From Candidatus Obscuribacteraceae bacterium (GTDB lineage: Bacteria; Cyanobacteriota; Vampirovibrionia; Obscuribacterales; Obscuribacteraceae): a stretch of 64,000 nt of DNA. Where the stretch lies: the NCBI GenBank assembly GCA_044229845.1, contig JBGASG010000004.1, forward strand, positions 192,001 through 256,000. Direction: 5' to 3'. Of this stretch, positions 22,477-33,350 are shown in pieces. Numbering within the stretch: the stretch's first letter is position 1; every line of letters starts with the position of its first letter. Under the pieces are notes generated by a model. It saw only the letters and a program-made list of their open reading frames with translations. It was not told the origin of the DNA and did not search any database. Made by a program: the position numbers and the translations under genes.

Positions 22477-23415
22477 ATGACTGAACTGTACAAAACGTTT
22501 AATGCCTTCCTGCGCGAGCGTTTCGGCACGCGTGTCTTCCGCGTGCCGCTGGATGCCGGCTTCGACTGCCCGAATCGGGACGGCACACGGGCGTTCGGAG
22601 GTTGCACCTTTTGCGATGAGCGCGGCTCCGGTGCGCCGACCATCAAGACCGGACTCGACGTTCGCAAACAGCTGGACGCCGGCATCAATCGGGTAGCACG
22701 CCGTTACAAAGCCACTAAGTTTCTGGCTTACTTTCAAGCTTTTACCAATACCTATGCGCCTGAAGGCGCCCTCAAGATGCTTTACGATGCCGGTTTATCT
22801 CATCCCGACGTAGTCGGGCTCTGCATCGGCACACGACCGGACTGCGTGCCCGACAACGTCCTCGACCTGTTGTCCGACTACAGTGAGAAAACTTTCGTCT
22901 GGCTGGAAATCGGGTTGCAATCAGCATTTGATCGAACCCTCGACCTGATCAACAGAGCTCACACGGCGGGCGAGTTTTTCGACGCAGTGAAACGCTCTAA
23001 ACAACGCGGGCTGTTGGTTGCCACGCACTTGATATTTGGTTTGCCCGGCGAGAGCCGCGAAGAAATGCTGGAAACCGTCAGACAAGTGGCTTTGTCAGGA
23101 GTGGACGGCGTCAAGATTCACCAGTTATGCATCTATAAAGGAACGCCCATGGAGGCCGACTACCGAAGCGGGCAACTGGCGACTCTAGAAGAAGACGATT
23201 ACATACAGCTGGTTTGCGATGCGCTGGAGATGCTGCCGCCCGACATGGTTATCATGCGCCTGGTGGCGGAAGGCAGCCAGGAAGAAATTATCGCCCCCAG
23301 CTGGTCTTTCGAGAAATTCCGCATCATGGAAAAGATCGATGCCGAACTGCACCGCCGCGGCACCAAACAGGGCAGCCGGTGCACCGCACCACAGGCAGTG
23401 GCAGCCACTCAGTAG
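22477..23415 (+). CDS. Radical SAM protein, TIGR01212/YhcC family
   Basis: GFDCPNRDG...GGCTFC, YFQAFTNTY, IGTRPDC, HLIFGLPGE, GVKIHQL. Confidence 0.92.
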   Translation: MTELYKTFNAFLRERFGTRVFRVPLDAGFDCPNRDGTRAFGGCTFCDERGSGAPTIKTGLDVRKQLDAGINRVARRYKATKFLAYFQAFTNTYAPEGALKMLYDAGLSHPDVVGLCIGTRPDCVPDNVLDLLSDYSEKTFVWLEIGLQSAFDRTLDLINRAHTAGEFFDAVKRSKQRGLLVATHLIFGLPGESREEMLETVRQVALSGVDGVKIHQLCIYKGTPMEADYRSGQLATLEEDDYIQLVCDALEMLPPDMVIMRLVAEGSQEEIIAPSWSFEKFRIMEKIDAELHRRGTKQGSRCTAPQAVAATQ

Positions 23416-23430
23416 CCGCAGGCGCGCCGA

Positions 23431-24489
23431 CTAAAACGGCGACGAACCGATATGCAAAGCCGCATAGAGGTTCTTGATGCTCTGCTCCAGGGCTGAACGC
23501 TGCCTGGTGGCAGCGTACTGCTCCATGGCAACAAAGTACTTCTTGTATTGATTGATATCATAGCCCTTCATCTTCAAGACGAAGAGTTGGTGGGCAATGG
23601 CGCCGCGCTGCTGGCGGTAGGGTCCCTCCGCCGGATAACACCACGGATGGCTGACACGAAAGTCCTGCGCCCCGTACATCATGCCGGTGAACAGCTCTTC
23701 CAGCGAATTGGGTGTGCTGCCGGCGTGTCCCGGCGTACCACCGCCCGTGACACCGGCATGCGTGAGAACATTGTGCACCGCGGCCGGCAGAGCCGCAGCC
23801 GTCGCCACTTCCTGAGCGGCGACGTTGCGTTCGAGAGCTTCGTAGGCGGCTTTCAAATTTTCCTCGTCGTTGGCTTGCGCCATCTGCTCCAGCGCAGCAA
23901 ATCGATCCTTGAAGATACGCACTCCGACGCCTTTTGCTTGCAGTGCCTCAATGCGGGCAATCAAGTCGGCGCGCTCATCGAAAAGCGGTCCGGACACCAC
24001 CGCCACAGCGGCGCCGACGCCAGCCGGTGGTGCGGCAGGAGCGCCGCTTGCGGGAGTCGATGGTGCGGCCGCCGTGGCACCTTCAGTGGTGCGCAGCGAC
24101 GTCAGCAGATCGTCGGACGAGACCATGCCGCTTCCGAAGGCTTTTACCTCGGCAGACGTGACGTATACCTCGACGTAATGCCGCGGCTGTCGATCGTCGA
24201 AAAAGCGCATGGTGACAGCCAGGACGCTCGGCTCGACATCAAGCAGCGATTTAGCGGCCATCAAAGCTTCAATCTTCAAGTCTTTGTCGGTGGCGCCCTT
24301 GGCGCGCACCAGAGAGATGGAGACTTGCTCGCCGCTGGTCTGAACGTTCATTTTGCGGCCGTTGGCGAACGGTTTCAGCTTGCTGAGGGTATTGACCACT
24401 TTCTGCTCACTGAGAGCCGCGAATGCCCGTCCACCGCTTGTATTCAGCAGAATCGGCAGCATCACTAAAGCCAGCAGTCTTCTCTTCAT
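23431..24489 (-). CDS. Secreted hypothetical protein, paralog of the upstream gene
   Basis: Signal peptide; shares KDLKIEA, VTMRF, AE(V/I)KxFGSG and GVG helical repeat with 24500..25660. Confidence 0.75.
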   Translation of the reverse strand: MKRRLLALVMLPILLNTSGGRAFAALSEQKVVNTLSKLKPFANGRKMNVQTSGEQVSISLVRAKGATDKDLKIEALMAAKSLLDVEPSVLAVTMRFFDDRQPRHYVEVYVTSAEVKAFGSGMVSSDDLLTSLRTTEGATAAAPSTPASGAPAAPPAGVGAAVAVVSGPLFDERADLIARIEALQAKGVGVRIFKDRFAALEQMAQANDEENLKAAYEALERNVAAQEVATAAALPAAVHNVLTHAGVTGGGTPGHAGSTPNSLEELFTGMMYGAQDFRVSHPWCYPAEGPYRQQRGAIAHQLFVLKMKGYDINQYKKYFVAMEQYAATRQRSALEQSIKNLYAALHIGSSPF

Positions 24490-24499
24490 TTGAGCTGTA

Positions 24500-25660
24500 C
24501 TACTTGGGAATGTACGGCGGATCCGGTTTGATGTACCACCAGAAGTTTTTCAAGGACTGCTCGGCACGCGCCTGTTGTCCCAGCGCCGCACTTTCTTCCA
24601 TTTCTCTGAACAGACCCGCATATTTCTCGACCGGGTATCCACGGATCTTCAGAACGTACAGTCGCTCGGCGATCATGAAGCGATCGCTGGCGAGAAGCCC
24701 ATCCGGACTGGGAGTAAACCAGCCATATCGGGAGCGGGCCATGAGACTGAGGCCCGATACCGCCTCGGGCGGAGCCGCCACAATCGACGTCGGCGAACGA
24801 GGACCGCTATGCGGACCGCCACCGGGGCCGGTTGCAGTCGGGGCGGGCGAGGCGAGATTCCCGCTGGTGGCGGAGCTTTGCGCTGCCCGCTGCTTGTTTC
24901 GTTGATCGAGCGCCGACTCCTGCTGAGCAATGCTGCGGGTCAGGGACTGAATGGACATATCAAGCTGCGGCACCTGGTCGGCAGACGCCAGGTTTTCCAG
25001 CTGGTGAAAAGCGTTTATGAAGTTGGCGGTACCCACGCCTTGCGCCTCCAGCATCTTGATGCGGGCGTAAAGGGCTTGCCGCTCGGGTTTCTTTGGACCT
25101 TCCACCACCAGCATGCCTGGTGGTGTTTCCTCGCGAGTCGAGTCTTTGCTGCCACCGGGTTGAGCCTCAGTGACACCGGTGGTGATCGAATTGTTAGTAG
25201 CAGTGGCGGGTGGGGCAGCATCGGTGTTGCCCTCGGCGAAATTCAGACGGGCGAGAAACTCATCCGGCGTCACCGAGCCCGAGCCGAAAGTCTTGATCTC
25301 GGCGGCAGTGACGGTAATTTGGGCGTATTTCTTCGGCTGCAACGGCTCATAAAAACGCATAGTAACGCGCCTGATACCGCTGTCAGCTTCCATGAGAGCT
25401 TTGGCGCACATGACCGCCTCGATCTTCAAATCTTTCTGATTGTCGGACTTGTTACGGAATGACGACAGGGAGACCTCATCACCGCCGACTGCGGCGCTGA
25501 TCCGGGCATTCTGCGCCAGTGCTTGCGACTTCTGCACGATCTCGACCACCCGCTGGGAGGTCAATGCGGTAGCCGCAGCCGGCAAGGCACTCAGGATCGA
25601 GACGTTCGCCGCCAGAGATATGGATAGGACTGGAAAAAGTCGCGACAGAAACGATGTCAT
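24500..25660 (-). CDS. Secreted hypothetical protein, paralog of the downstream gene
   Basis: Signal-like N-terminus from MTSFLSRL; same domain layout as 23431..24489. Confidence 0.75.
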   Translation of the reverse strand: MTSFLSRLFPVLSISLAANVSILSALPAAATALTSQRVVEIVQKSQALAQNARISAAVGGDEVSLSSFRNKSDNQKDLKIEAVMCAKALMEADSGIRRVTMRFYEPLQPKKYAQITVTAAEIKTFGSGSVTPDEFLARLNFAEGNTDAAPPATATNNSITTGVTEAQPGGSKDSTREETPPGMLVVEGPKKPERQALYARIKMLEAQGVGTANFINAFHQLENLASADQVPQLDMSIQSLTRSIAQQESALDQRNKQRAAQSSATSGNLASPAPTATGPGGGPHSGPRSPTSIVAAPPEAVSGLSLMARSRYGWFTPSPDGLLASDRFMIAERLYVLKIRGYPVEKYAGLFREMEESAALGQQARAEQSLKNFWWYIKPDPPYIPK

Positions 25661-25709
25661 AAACCCCTCCGGCATTATTCTACATACCTCGCCGGAGGTG
25701 AAATTCCCT

Positions 25710-26666
25710 TCAACGCAGCAGCAAAGCAGCGCCAATCAGTCCGGCGAAATCGCCAAGTTCTGCCTTCACGACAGTCGTTTTGCGCTGCGCAATGCGCAGG
25801 GCGCGGACCTTAGCTTCGCGCGCGGCTGTCTGGTAATAACTGTCGACCGCCTCCACGAGCCCTCCGCCCAGGATAATGCGTTCGGGATTGAAGAAATTCA
25901 TCACGGTTGCCAGCCCCCAGCCCATGGCTTGCGCGGCGTCATTCACGGCCCGCGTCACCAACTCATCCCCGGCGTCCAGGGCCGTAGCGATGGCTTTCGA
26001 GCGCAAGATTCCCTTGGTCATATCAATCTTGTCGCGCACCAGTGAATCTTGTCCGCGCTGAATCTCCTGAACGATCACTTTCGCCAGCGCCGTGCGCGAT
26101 GCATATGCTTCCAGGCAGCCCTGACCGCCGCAGCCGCAGGCCCGCCCGCCAGGATAGAGCGGGATGTGCCCGATTTCGCCGGCCGTGCCGCTGGCGCCGT
26201 ACACCTGCTTGCCACCATATACGATACCAGATCCGATGCCGGTGCCGACAAAGATGCAGACAAAACTCTGACAGCCACGCCCGGCTCCGAAGTGCATCTC
26301 GCCCAGAGTAGCCACTTCCACGTCGTTACCCAGCTTGGCGGGCAACTGGTAGGCGTCCGAGATGGGATCGGTAAGCGGCAACTCTTGCAGCCCCAGATTG
26401 ACTGCGTTCAGCAGGATGCCCTTCTGGCGATTGACCATGCCGGCGGCGCCGATGCCGATACCCTCAAGTTTTTTCGCCTCCACACCCGCCTCGGCGAGCG
26501 CTTCGTCGACGACAGAACTGATGCGCTTAATCAGCTCGTCCTGTTCGTTTGGCTGGCGAGTTTTCTTCTTGCTCGTCCCGATTAGACGACCGGATTCCAA
26601 ATTGACAACGCCGGCTATGATTTTAGTGCCGCCGAAATCGATGCCCACCGCCAGACGATCTGCCAT
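25710..26666 (-). CDS. ROK family sugar kinase (glucokinase-like)
   Basis: GIDFGGTK, LGNDV, GTGIGSG, GEIGH, CGCGGQGCLE. Confidence 0.93.
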   Translation of the reverse strand: MADRLAVGIDFGGTKIIAGVVNLESGRLIGTSKKKTRQPNEQDELIKRISSVVDEALAEAGVEAKKLEGIGIGAAGMVNRQKGILLNAVNLGLQELPLTDPISDAYQLPAKLGNDVEVATLGEMHFGAGRGCQSFVCIFVGTGIGSGIVYGGKQVYGASGTAGEIGHIPLYPGGRACGCGGQGCLEAYASRTALAKVIVQEIQRGQDSLVRDKIDMTKGILRSKAIATALDAGDELVTRAVNDAAQAMGWGLATVMNFFNPERIILGGGLVEAVDSYYQTAAREAKVRALRIAQRKTTVVKAELGDFAGLIGAALLLR

Positions 26667-26807
26667 GAATGAAACCTGTACCTTGCACACTGGTGAAGGC
26701 TTCTATTTTAAAGAACATTGCCCGCAGAAGATCAGATGACAACCAGAGCGCCGACGGCAAACTCTGCGCACCACGGGCGATATCAAGCTCAGGTCAGGCA
26801 AGAAACT

Positions 26808-28388
26808 TTAGAAGCCGAGCTTCATCCAGCGCAAATACTTCTTGAAACCCTTCGGCTTCTCGTCGATCGCCATCTTGGTTTTCGACAAAGCTTTGACCGG
26901 CTCCACTTCCGGCGGTGCCGCCGGCACCGGCGCAGCGGCGACGCTGGTCGTCTCCGGTTGCGGGTCGTTGAGCAGTTCGTAGTTTTGCGGCAGCGCCTCG
27001 ACGGTCTGCACCGGCGACTGGACGCTGAAATCGACGAGGGTTTTACTGGCCGGGTGATAGAACTCTTCCGGACGATTAGCGGAAGCCACGACCTTGCCGG
27101 ACGGAATAATAGCCAGCGAACTGGCGACCCGTCTCTCGAAGGTGCTGCGATTGCGGGTGACGGTACTGCCGCCGATTACCATGGTGGTGGAACCGCCGCC
27201 ATCCAGGTTCATGGCATCGACCGCGCCCGCTTTTTGCAGAAACTTAGCCAGATCCCACAGGGTGTGCGGACCTTCGCAAGTAACCAGCAGTAGATGCTTG
27301 TCGGCCGTGACACCAAGCACGGTGCGCGCCTTGATGCCGGCTCCGCTCCAGCTCTTGCGGAAGTTTTCGCCTTTGAGGTCGACAAACAATTTGCCGTTTT
27401 TGATCAGGACCGGACCGCCGCTGACCGCCTGAGCAACATTGTTCCAGCCGCTCGGGTTGGGATGCCACTTCATCTGGACCTGGTCGCCGACGTTCAGGTG
27501 AGCAATCGGGCTTTCCTTGCTGTCGCTGAGGACGAATCCGCCATATGGGATGCCCATGGTGGTGGTCGTCTTGGCGATGACTTTACCGTCGGCATCGACA
27601 GCCACCAGGGTGCCGGCGTACGCCATGCGCACCATCTGCCCCCAGCGCCGGGTGTAGGCAATCAGCTTGGCGCCATGGCGGCGCGGCTGGTTGACGTTGT
27701 TGACCCAGATTTTGGGCACGTCCAGGTTGGATGTCTCAATGGTCCCGTGCAGCTGGAGCTTGTCCATCAGCACTTGACCGTCTTTGGTGATACCCATCGA
27801 AATGCGGTCGAAGATCGGCCCGGCGATCCATTCGCCGTCGATCACCAGCGTTCCGAGCGGCACGCCGTCTCGCTTGAAATAGTTGGCATTGACAGCCGCC
27901 AGAGCCTGCACTTTTTGAGCCTGATCTTTGACTTCGTCCAGCCGGTCGAAATGCTCGCCGGCCATGACCGGACGCACTTCGAAATCAGACGTGGTCAGAT
28001 CTATATCGATCATATTGATATAGAGTCCGCCGCGATAAACCTTGTGCACCACCCCCGGTGCCAGGGTGCGTTCAGCCATTTCTTCCAGGTATTCCTGGGG
28101 CTTGCGAGCCAAGGCCGGTCTGGGGGCCGGAGCTTTTTTCTTGAGCAGCACTGCGCTATAGCGTCCCTGCACCTTGCGTCCCGCCACTCCGACCCGCGCC
28201 CGAGCAGCAGGAGCAGCTTTAACTTTACGGACACCGGTCGCGGCCGGTCTGGAAGGAGCAACCGTCACCCCCGGCACCCCCACCCCGACAGCGAAAGCGC
28301 GATCGATACAGCTTGTAGATATCAAACTTTCGACACAAAGCGCTACTAAAAGGGGTAGAGCGTATTGCTTATGGCGGTCAATTGGCAT
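26808..28388 (-). CDS. Secreted phosphodiester glycosidase (NAGPA-like) family protein, long form
   Basis: AAVNANYF, AVSGGPVL, ARTVLG, AMNLDGGGST; start uncertain. Confidence 0.85.
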   Translation of the reverse strand: MPIDRHKQYALPLLVALCVESLISTSCIDRAFAVGVGVPGVTVAPSRPAATGVRKVKAAPAARARVGVAGRKVQGRYSAVLLKKKAPAPRPALARKPQEYLEEMAERTLAPGVVHKVYRGGLYINMIDIDLTTSDFEVRPVMAGEHFDRLDEVKDQAQKVQALAAVNANYFKRDGVPLGTLVIDGEWIAGPIFDRISMGITKDGQVLMDKLQLHGTIETSNLDVPKIWVNNVNQPRRHGAKLIAYTRRWGQMVRMAYAGTLVAVDADGKVIAKTTTTMGIPYGGFVLSDSKESPIAHLNVGDQVQMKWHPNPSGWNNVAQAVSGGPVLIKNGKLFVDLKGENFRKSWSGAGIKARTVLGVTADKHLLLVTCEGPHTLWDLAKFLQKAGAVDAMNLDGGGSTTMVIGGSTVTRNRSTFERRVASSLAIIPSGKVVASANRPEEFYHPASKTLVDFSVQSPVQTVEALPQNYELLNDPQPETTSVAAAPVPAAPPEVEPVKALSKTKMAIDEKPKGFKKYLRWMKLGF

Positions 28389-28748
28389 CCGGTGCGGTTT
28401 CCAGAGGGTTAGTAAGGTTGTACATAGAATGAGGCACCACCTGGCTGTTGTCAAATGAAACAAGCTCGGAAAGTGGCTCTCTGTCAGCGTTATTCCACGT
28501 TATCGGTCGTCTTTAACCGGCATGGCTTCAGCCGAGGGGCTTATCTCGCATCATAACAATCTTTTCCTCGCCGCGCTCGTCCTCAATCTCCTCATGAAAT
28601 CCAGTTCTGGCGCGGGTTCTCAGGATATAGATGAGCATAGCACTTTGCAACAATCCGGGTCGGCGCTTCGTAAAGCGAGCCGGGCGGATTTATTGCCTGA
28701 ACGCCACTTGGCCAGCCATAATCTGTCATCTCTTTCAGTGAAGTAAAC

Positions 28749-30026
28749 ATGGGTCGAGTTGTTTTAGGCATGCTCGGATTGGGCACCGTCGGCACCGGTG
28801 TCGCACATCTGCTCTCGCACCAGAAAAAACTGGTGCTCAAAAAAGTGGCCGTCAAGGACATCAATAAATCCAGGGAAGTCGCGCTCACGTGCCCGATCAC
28901 AGCCGACGCCCAGGAGGTCATTGACGACCCTGAAATCGAAATCGTCATCGAGGTTATGGGCGGCGAGGAGCCGGCTCTCAGCCTCTTGAAGCGAGCGCTG
29001 GAAAAGCGCAAACACGTGGTGACCGCCAACAAAGAAGTGCTGGCCAAGCACGGTCCGGAGCTGTTCGCTCTGGCTCGCAGCAAAGGAGTGGCCATCTTCT
29101 TCGAAGCATCGGTGGCCGGCGGCGTGCCGCTCATTTCCACCATACATAAAGGACTGGAAGCCAACGAAATAACGTCGGTTGTCGGCATTTTGAACGGCAC
29201 CACCAACTTCATACTTTCCTCCATGGAAGAGCAGGGCGCCGACTATGAGGGTGCCCTGGCCAAAGCTCAACAGTTAGGCTTTGCCGAAGCCGATCCGACC
29301 AATGACGTGGAAGGATTCGATGTCGCCTACAAACTTTCCATTCTTTGCGCCCTGGCTTTTGGACAGTTTCCCAAAACAGAGTCGATTCACCGGCAGGGCA
29401 TCACGCAAATCCGCGCCGAAGATCTGTCCAGCGCCAATGACTTCGGCTACCGCGTCAAGCTGATCGCCAGCGCCAGCCGCCACAACGGCAACCTCGACGT
29501 GCGCGTGCACCCGATGCTGGTGCCCCTCACACATCCGCTGTCCAACGTGTCCGGCTCCAACAACGGCATTCTGGTCACGGGAGACGTGGTCGGCGAACTG
29601 ATCATGGTCGGACCCGGCGCCGGTCAAATGCCCACAGCCTCTGCGATTGTCGGCGACACCATCAACCTGGCCAGCGCGCTGCAATTGCCTGACTTCGCCA
29701 GCTATTTCCATACCGCTGTGGAGAGCGACTGGGCCGATGTCTCGGACCCGGGAGCCTGGCGCTGTCCCTATTACATCAAACTGCTGGTCAAAGATCACCC
29801 CGGCGTGATCGGACAGATCGGCACCACATTCGGAGCACACGACATCAGCATGCGCTCGATCGTTCAACGCGATGTGGAAGACGGCGGTGCTTCGATCATC
29901 ATCATCACCCATGCCGTGCAAAACAGCGCCATGGATAAGGCGCTCTCCGAACTGAAAAGCAAAGAGTTCATGGACAAGGTGGAGAGTTGCCTGCGAATTT
30001 TCCAACCGGGAGTCAGACATGGGTAG
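28749..30026 (+). CDS. hom: Homoserine dehydrogenase with C-terminal ACT domain
   Basis: [39 protein letters not shown]. Confidence 0.96.
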   Translation: MGRVVLGMLGLGTVGTGVAHLLSHQKKLVLKKVAVKDINKSREVALTCPITADAQEVIDDPEIEIVIEVMGGEEPALSLLKRALEKRKHVVTANKEVLAKHGPELFALARSKGVAIFFEASVAGGVPLISTIHKGLEANEITSVVGILNGTTNFILSSMEEQGADYEGALAKAQQLGFAEADPTNDVEGFDVAYKLSILCALAFGQFPKTESIHRQGITQIRAEDLSSANDFGYRVKLIASASRHNGNLDVRVHPMLVPLTHPLSNVSGSNNGILVTGDVVGELIMVGPGAGQMPTASAIVGDTINLASALQLPDFASYFHTAVESDWADVSDPGAWRCPYYIKLLVKDHPGVIGQIGTTFGAHDISMRSIVQRDVEDGGASIIIITHAVQNSAMDKALSELKSKEFMDKVESCLRIFQPGVRHG

Positions 30027-31104
30027 TCCTGCATACGACAGAGCGCACAACACCGCACTCATAGACAAATACCGGCAATACCTGCCGGTCACGGCGGACA
30101 CACCGATCATCTCACTGCGCGAGGGTTTCACCCCTTTGATCGACGCGCGCAACCTGCCCCGCCATCTTGGTTTTCCCACCTTGAAGTTGTACTTCAAACT
30201 GGAGGGGCTCAACCCGACCGGGTCTTTCAAAGACCGCGGCATGACGCTGGCGATTTCGAAAGCCGTCGAAGAAGGCGCGCGAGCTGTCATTTGCGCCTCC
30301 ACCGGCAACACCTCCGCATCGGCGGCCGCCTATGCCGCCAAAGCCGGCCTCACCTGTTATGTGGTGTTGCCAGCCGGTCACGTGGCGCTCGGCAAGCTCG
30401 CCCAGGCGATTCTTTACGGTGCCACCATCGTCCCCATCGAAGGCAATTTCGATCACGCACTAAATCTGGTGCGGACGATGTCGGTCGACTTCAACTTGAC
30501 GGTCGTCAATTCGATCAACCCGTATCGGCTGGAAGGGCAGAAAACTGCAGCTTTCGAATGTGTGGAGATGCTGGGAGAAGCCCCCGACTACCTGTTCATT
30601 CCAGTCGGCAATGCCGGCAATATCAGCGCCTACTGGCGCGGCTTCAAACAGTTTCATGCCGAAGGCTTAGCAGGCAAAACCCCGAAGATGTGCGGATTCG
30701 AGGCGGAAGGGGCGGCTGCCATCGTGGCCGGAAAACCCTTTCCCGAACCGGAAACCGTGGCCACAGCCATTCGCATCGGCAATCCGGCCAGCTGGGAAGA
30801 GGCTGTGCGCGCCGCTAAAGAATCCGACGGCGTCATAGATAGTGTCACCGATGAAGAGATTCTCGCCGCCTACCAGCTGATCGCGCGCACCGAAGGCATC
30901 TTCTGCGAACCAGCCAGCGCCGCCAGTCTGGCGGGATTGATCAAGCATTTGCAAGCCGGCCGGGTCAACCCGGAAGGCACCGCGGTCTGCGTCTTGACCG
31001 GCAATGGACTGAAAGATCCAGATGCCGCATTGAAGGTCGGGCAGATCGAACTGAAACCCGTGGCAGCCGAACCTGAGCGCCTGCGCGAGGTCATGAAGTT
31101 GTGA
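30019..31104 (+). CDS. thrC: Threonine synthase
   Basis: [31 protein letters not shown]; overlaps hom and thrB. Confidence 0.96.
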   Translation: MGSPAYDRAHNTALIDKYRQYLPVTADTPIISLREGFTPLIDARNLPRHLGFPTLKLYFKLEGLNPTGSFKDRGMTLAISKAVEEGARAVICASTGNTSASAAAYAAKAGLTCYVVLPAGHVALGKLAQAILYGATIVPIEGNFDHALNLVRTMSVDFNLTVVNSINPYRLEGQKTAAFECVEMLGEAPDYLFIPVGNAGNISAYWRGFKQFHAEGLAGKTPKMCGFEAEGAAAIVAGKPFPEPETVATAIRIGNPASWEEAVRAAKESDGVIDSVTDEEILAAYQLIARTEGIFCEPASAASLAGLIKHLQAGRVNPEGTAVCVLTGNGLKDPDAALKVGQIELKPVAAEPERLREVMKL

Positions 31105-32084
31105 TTCAGAAGGTCGAGCGAGAGCCCAACGAGTCTCACGGACGAGGCGAGGTCCGCCGCCTGACGGTGAAGGTGCCAGGCAGCACCGCCAACATTGGAC
31201 CGGGTTTCGACTCCCTGGGACTGGCGTTCCAGCTTTATTGCACGCTCGACTTCGACTTGCTGCAGGAAAACGACCGCAACATCCCGCTCATTACACTGAA
31301 GGGAAAAGGTGTCGATCACGGCTTGCCCAAAGACCAGAGCAACTTGATCTACACGGTTTTGAGCAACTTATGGCAAAACGATCCGCACTTACTTTCGCGC
31401 ATCCGCATCACCATCGAATCCGACATTCCGCTGGGCAAAGGCTTGGGCAGCAGCGCCGCCGCCATTATGGGCGCCGTCTGGGCCGCGCACGCATTAGTTG
31501 AAGAGAGCATCCCGGACAACAGCGCCTTGCTGCAAAAGGCCACCGAACTGGAAGGTCACTCAGACAACGTTGCCGCCAGCCTCCTGGGCGGGCTGGTGAT
31601 CTGCGCCCGCTCCAACAACACCCGCAAAATCGTCACGCAAAAATTGACCTGGCCGCAGGAGTGGAAGACGCTGGTGGTTGTGCCTCACTATGTGCTTTCG
31701 ACGAAACGCGCCCGCGCCGTCTTGCCGAAGACGATTCAACGCGAAGACGCCATTCACAACGTCCAGCGAGTCGCCTTGTTGGCCGCGGCGGTGGTCAACA
31801 AAGATGAAGAGGCCATGCACGAAGCATTGCACGACCGGCTGCACGAGCCTTACCGGTTGCAGCTGTGTCCGGAGTTGTCCGCCGTGCGTCGGGTTGTTTC
31901 GGATCTGCCGGTGATCGGCACCACATTGAGTGGCGCCGGTTCGTCGGTGATGGTGACCGTGCACCAGCGTCACAAGGCAGCCGCCCTGGAGGCTCTGCAA
32001 ACCTGGGCCGCCACTCAGACCCAGCCCTGTGATGTCCTGGATCTACAGGTGGAGCCGAAAGGATTGAGCGTCTCTTATGAATAA
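31101..32084 (+). CDS. thrB: Homoserine kinase
   Basis: [34 protein letters not shown]. Confidence 0.95.
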   Translation: MIQKVEREPNESHGRGEVRRLTVKVPGSTANIGPGFDSLGLAFQLYCTLDFDLLQENDRNIPLITLKGKGVDHGLPKDQSNLIYTVLSNLWQNDPHLLSRIRITIESDIPLGKGLGSSAAAIMGAVWAAHALVEESIPDNSALLQKATELEGHSDNVAASLLGGLVICARSNNTRKIVTQKLTWPQEWKTLVVVPHYVLSTKRARAVLPKTIQREDAIHNVQRVALLAAAVVNKDEEAMHEALHDRLHEPYRLQLCPELSAVRRVVSDLPVIGTTLSGAGSSVMVTVHQRHKAAALEALQTWAATQTQPCDVLDLQVEPKGLSVSYE

Positions 32085-33336
32085 CTCGATGGGCAACCAA
32101 CCGCCGGCGGTCGTTAAATTCGGCGGCACCTCGGTGAAGAGCATCGGTCGTATCCAGCATGTAGCGCAGATTCTCGACCAAACCCGCAAATCCCAGAGCG
32201 TCCTGGTGGTGGTCTCTGCCATGGGCGACACCACTGACTATCTCTTGAAACTGGCCCATCAATGTGCGCCCTCCCCCGACAAGCGCGAACTTGATTCCCT
32301 CTTATCCACGGGCGAGCAAATTTCGATAGCGCTCTTGTCTATGACCCTGCGTTCGATGGGTATCAAAGCCAAGTCCTTCACCGGACCTCAGGTAGGCATC
32401 GTTACCGAAAACGTCCACAGCAAGGCGCGCATCGTCGACATCAACCGAGAGTTTCTTCAAAAAGCTCTCTCGGAAAATGAGATTGTGGTGGTGGCCGGAT
32501 TTCAGGGCACCTCTCCCGAGGGCGACATCACGACCCTGGGCCGGGGCGGCTCGGACACGACCGCGGTCGCTCTCGCCGCTGCCGTCAACGCCCCCATATG
32601 CGATATCTACACTGATGTCGACGGCATTTACACAGCCGACCCCAACCTGATTGCCAGTGCCCGCCTCTTGCAACGCATCTCATATGACGAAGTACTGGAG
32701 ATGGCTCGCCTGGGCGCACAGGTGCTGCATCCCCGAGCTGTGGAACTTGCGCGCCAATACAACATCAAACTAAGGGTAAGAAACACTTTTAAACCCGGTC
32801 ATCAGGGCACCACGATCGATGGAGGAAAAGACATGGAGTTGTTCAGCACCGTCAGTGGTGTGGCCGTCGACCGGGATCAGGCGTGCGTCGCCATCATGGA
32901 TGTCCCCGATCAGCCGGGCATCGCCGCCAAAATTACGCAGGCGCTGGCCGATGAAAATATCGTGCTCGATATGATCATGCAGTCATTTCACCCGAGTATC
33001 GGATTGAACAACATCACCTTCACGGTGCAGGCTACCGACCTGGATCACACAATCTCGGCCCTCAGCGGCATCAAGGAAACACTCGGTGCCAAAGAAGTAA
33101 TTGCCGACCCCGATATCGCCAAAGTATCGTTGATTGGCGCGGGACTTGTAGGGCGCCCCGGCGTGGCGGCACGCCTCTTCGCAGTTTTGGGCGGCGCTGG
33201 TATCAACATCAAAATGATCTCGTCGAGCGAGATGAAGATTACCTGCGTGGTTGGACGCGATGAGGCGGACCAAGCCGTCAAGCTCATTCACGACGCCTTC
33301 CAGCTGGACAAAGAACCCGAGCCCGCTCGCAGCTGA
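32077..33336 (+). CDS. lysC: Aspartate kinase (alpha subunit; beta likely from internal start at 32833)
   Basis: KFGGTS, VVSAMG, TLGRGGSDTTA, TDVDG, two ACT domains. Confidence 0.96.
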   Translation: MNNSMGNQPPAVVKFGGTSVKSIGRIQHVAQILDQTRKSQSVLVVVSAMGDTTDYLLKLAHQCAPSPDKRELDSLLSTGEQISIALLSMTLRSMGIKAKSFTGPQVGIVTENVHSKARIVDINREFLQKALSENEIVVVAGFQGTSPEGDITTLGRGGSDTTAVALAAAVNAPICDIYTDVDGIYTADPNLIASARLLQRISYDEVLEMARLGAQVLHPRAVELARQYNIKLRVRNTFKPGHQGTTIDGGKDMELFSTVSGVAVDRDQACVAIMDVPDQPGIAAKITQALADENIVLDMIMQSFHPSIGLNNITFTVQATDLDHTISALSGIKETLGAKEVIADPDIAKVSLIGAGLVGRPGVAARLFAVLGGAGINIKMISSSEMKITCVVGRDEADQAVKLIHDAFQLDKEPEPARS

Positions 33337-33350
33337 ACGCGAATGTCGGA

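Noticed and set aside
22281..22480. tRNA-Glu as an integration site for an island
   Set aside because: No integrase and no duplicated tRNA 3' end found; flanks are ordinary genes
28464..28748. Possible riboswitch or attenuator upstream of hom (hairpin near 28652-28690; AAATCCAG...AGATGAG)
   Set aside because: No complete SAM-I, lysine or T-box consensus and no Thr-rich leader peptide recognised; an Infernal/Rfam scan would be decisive
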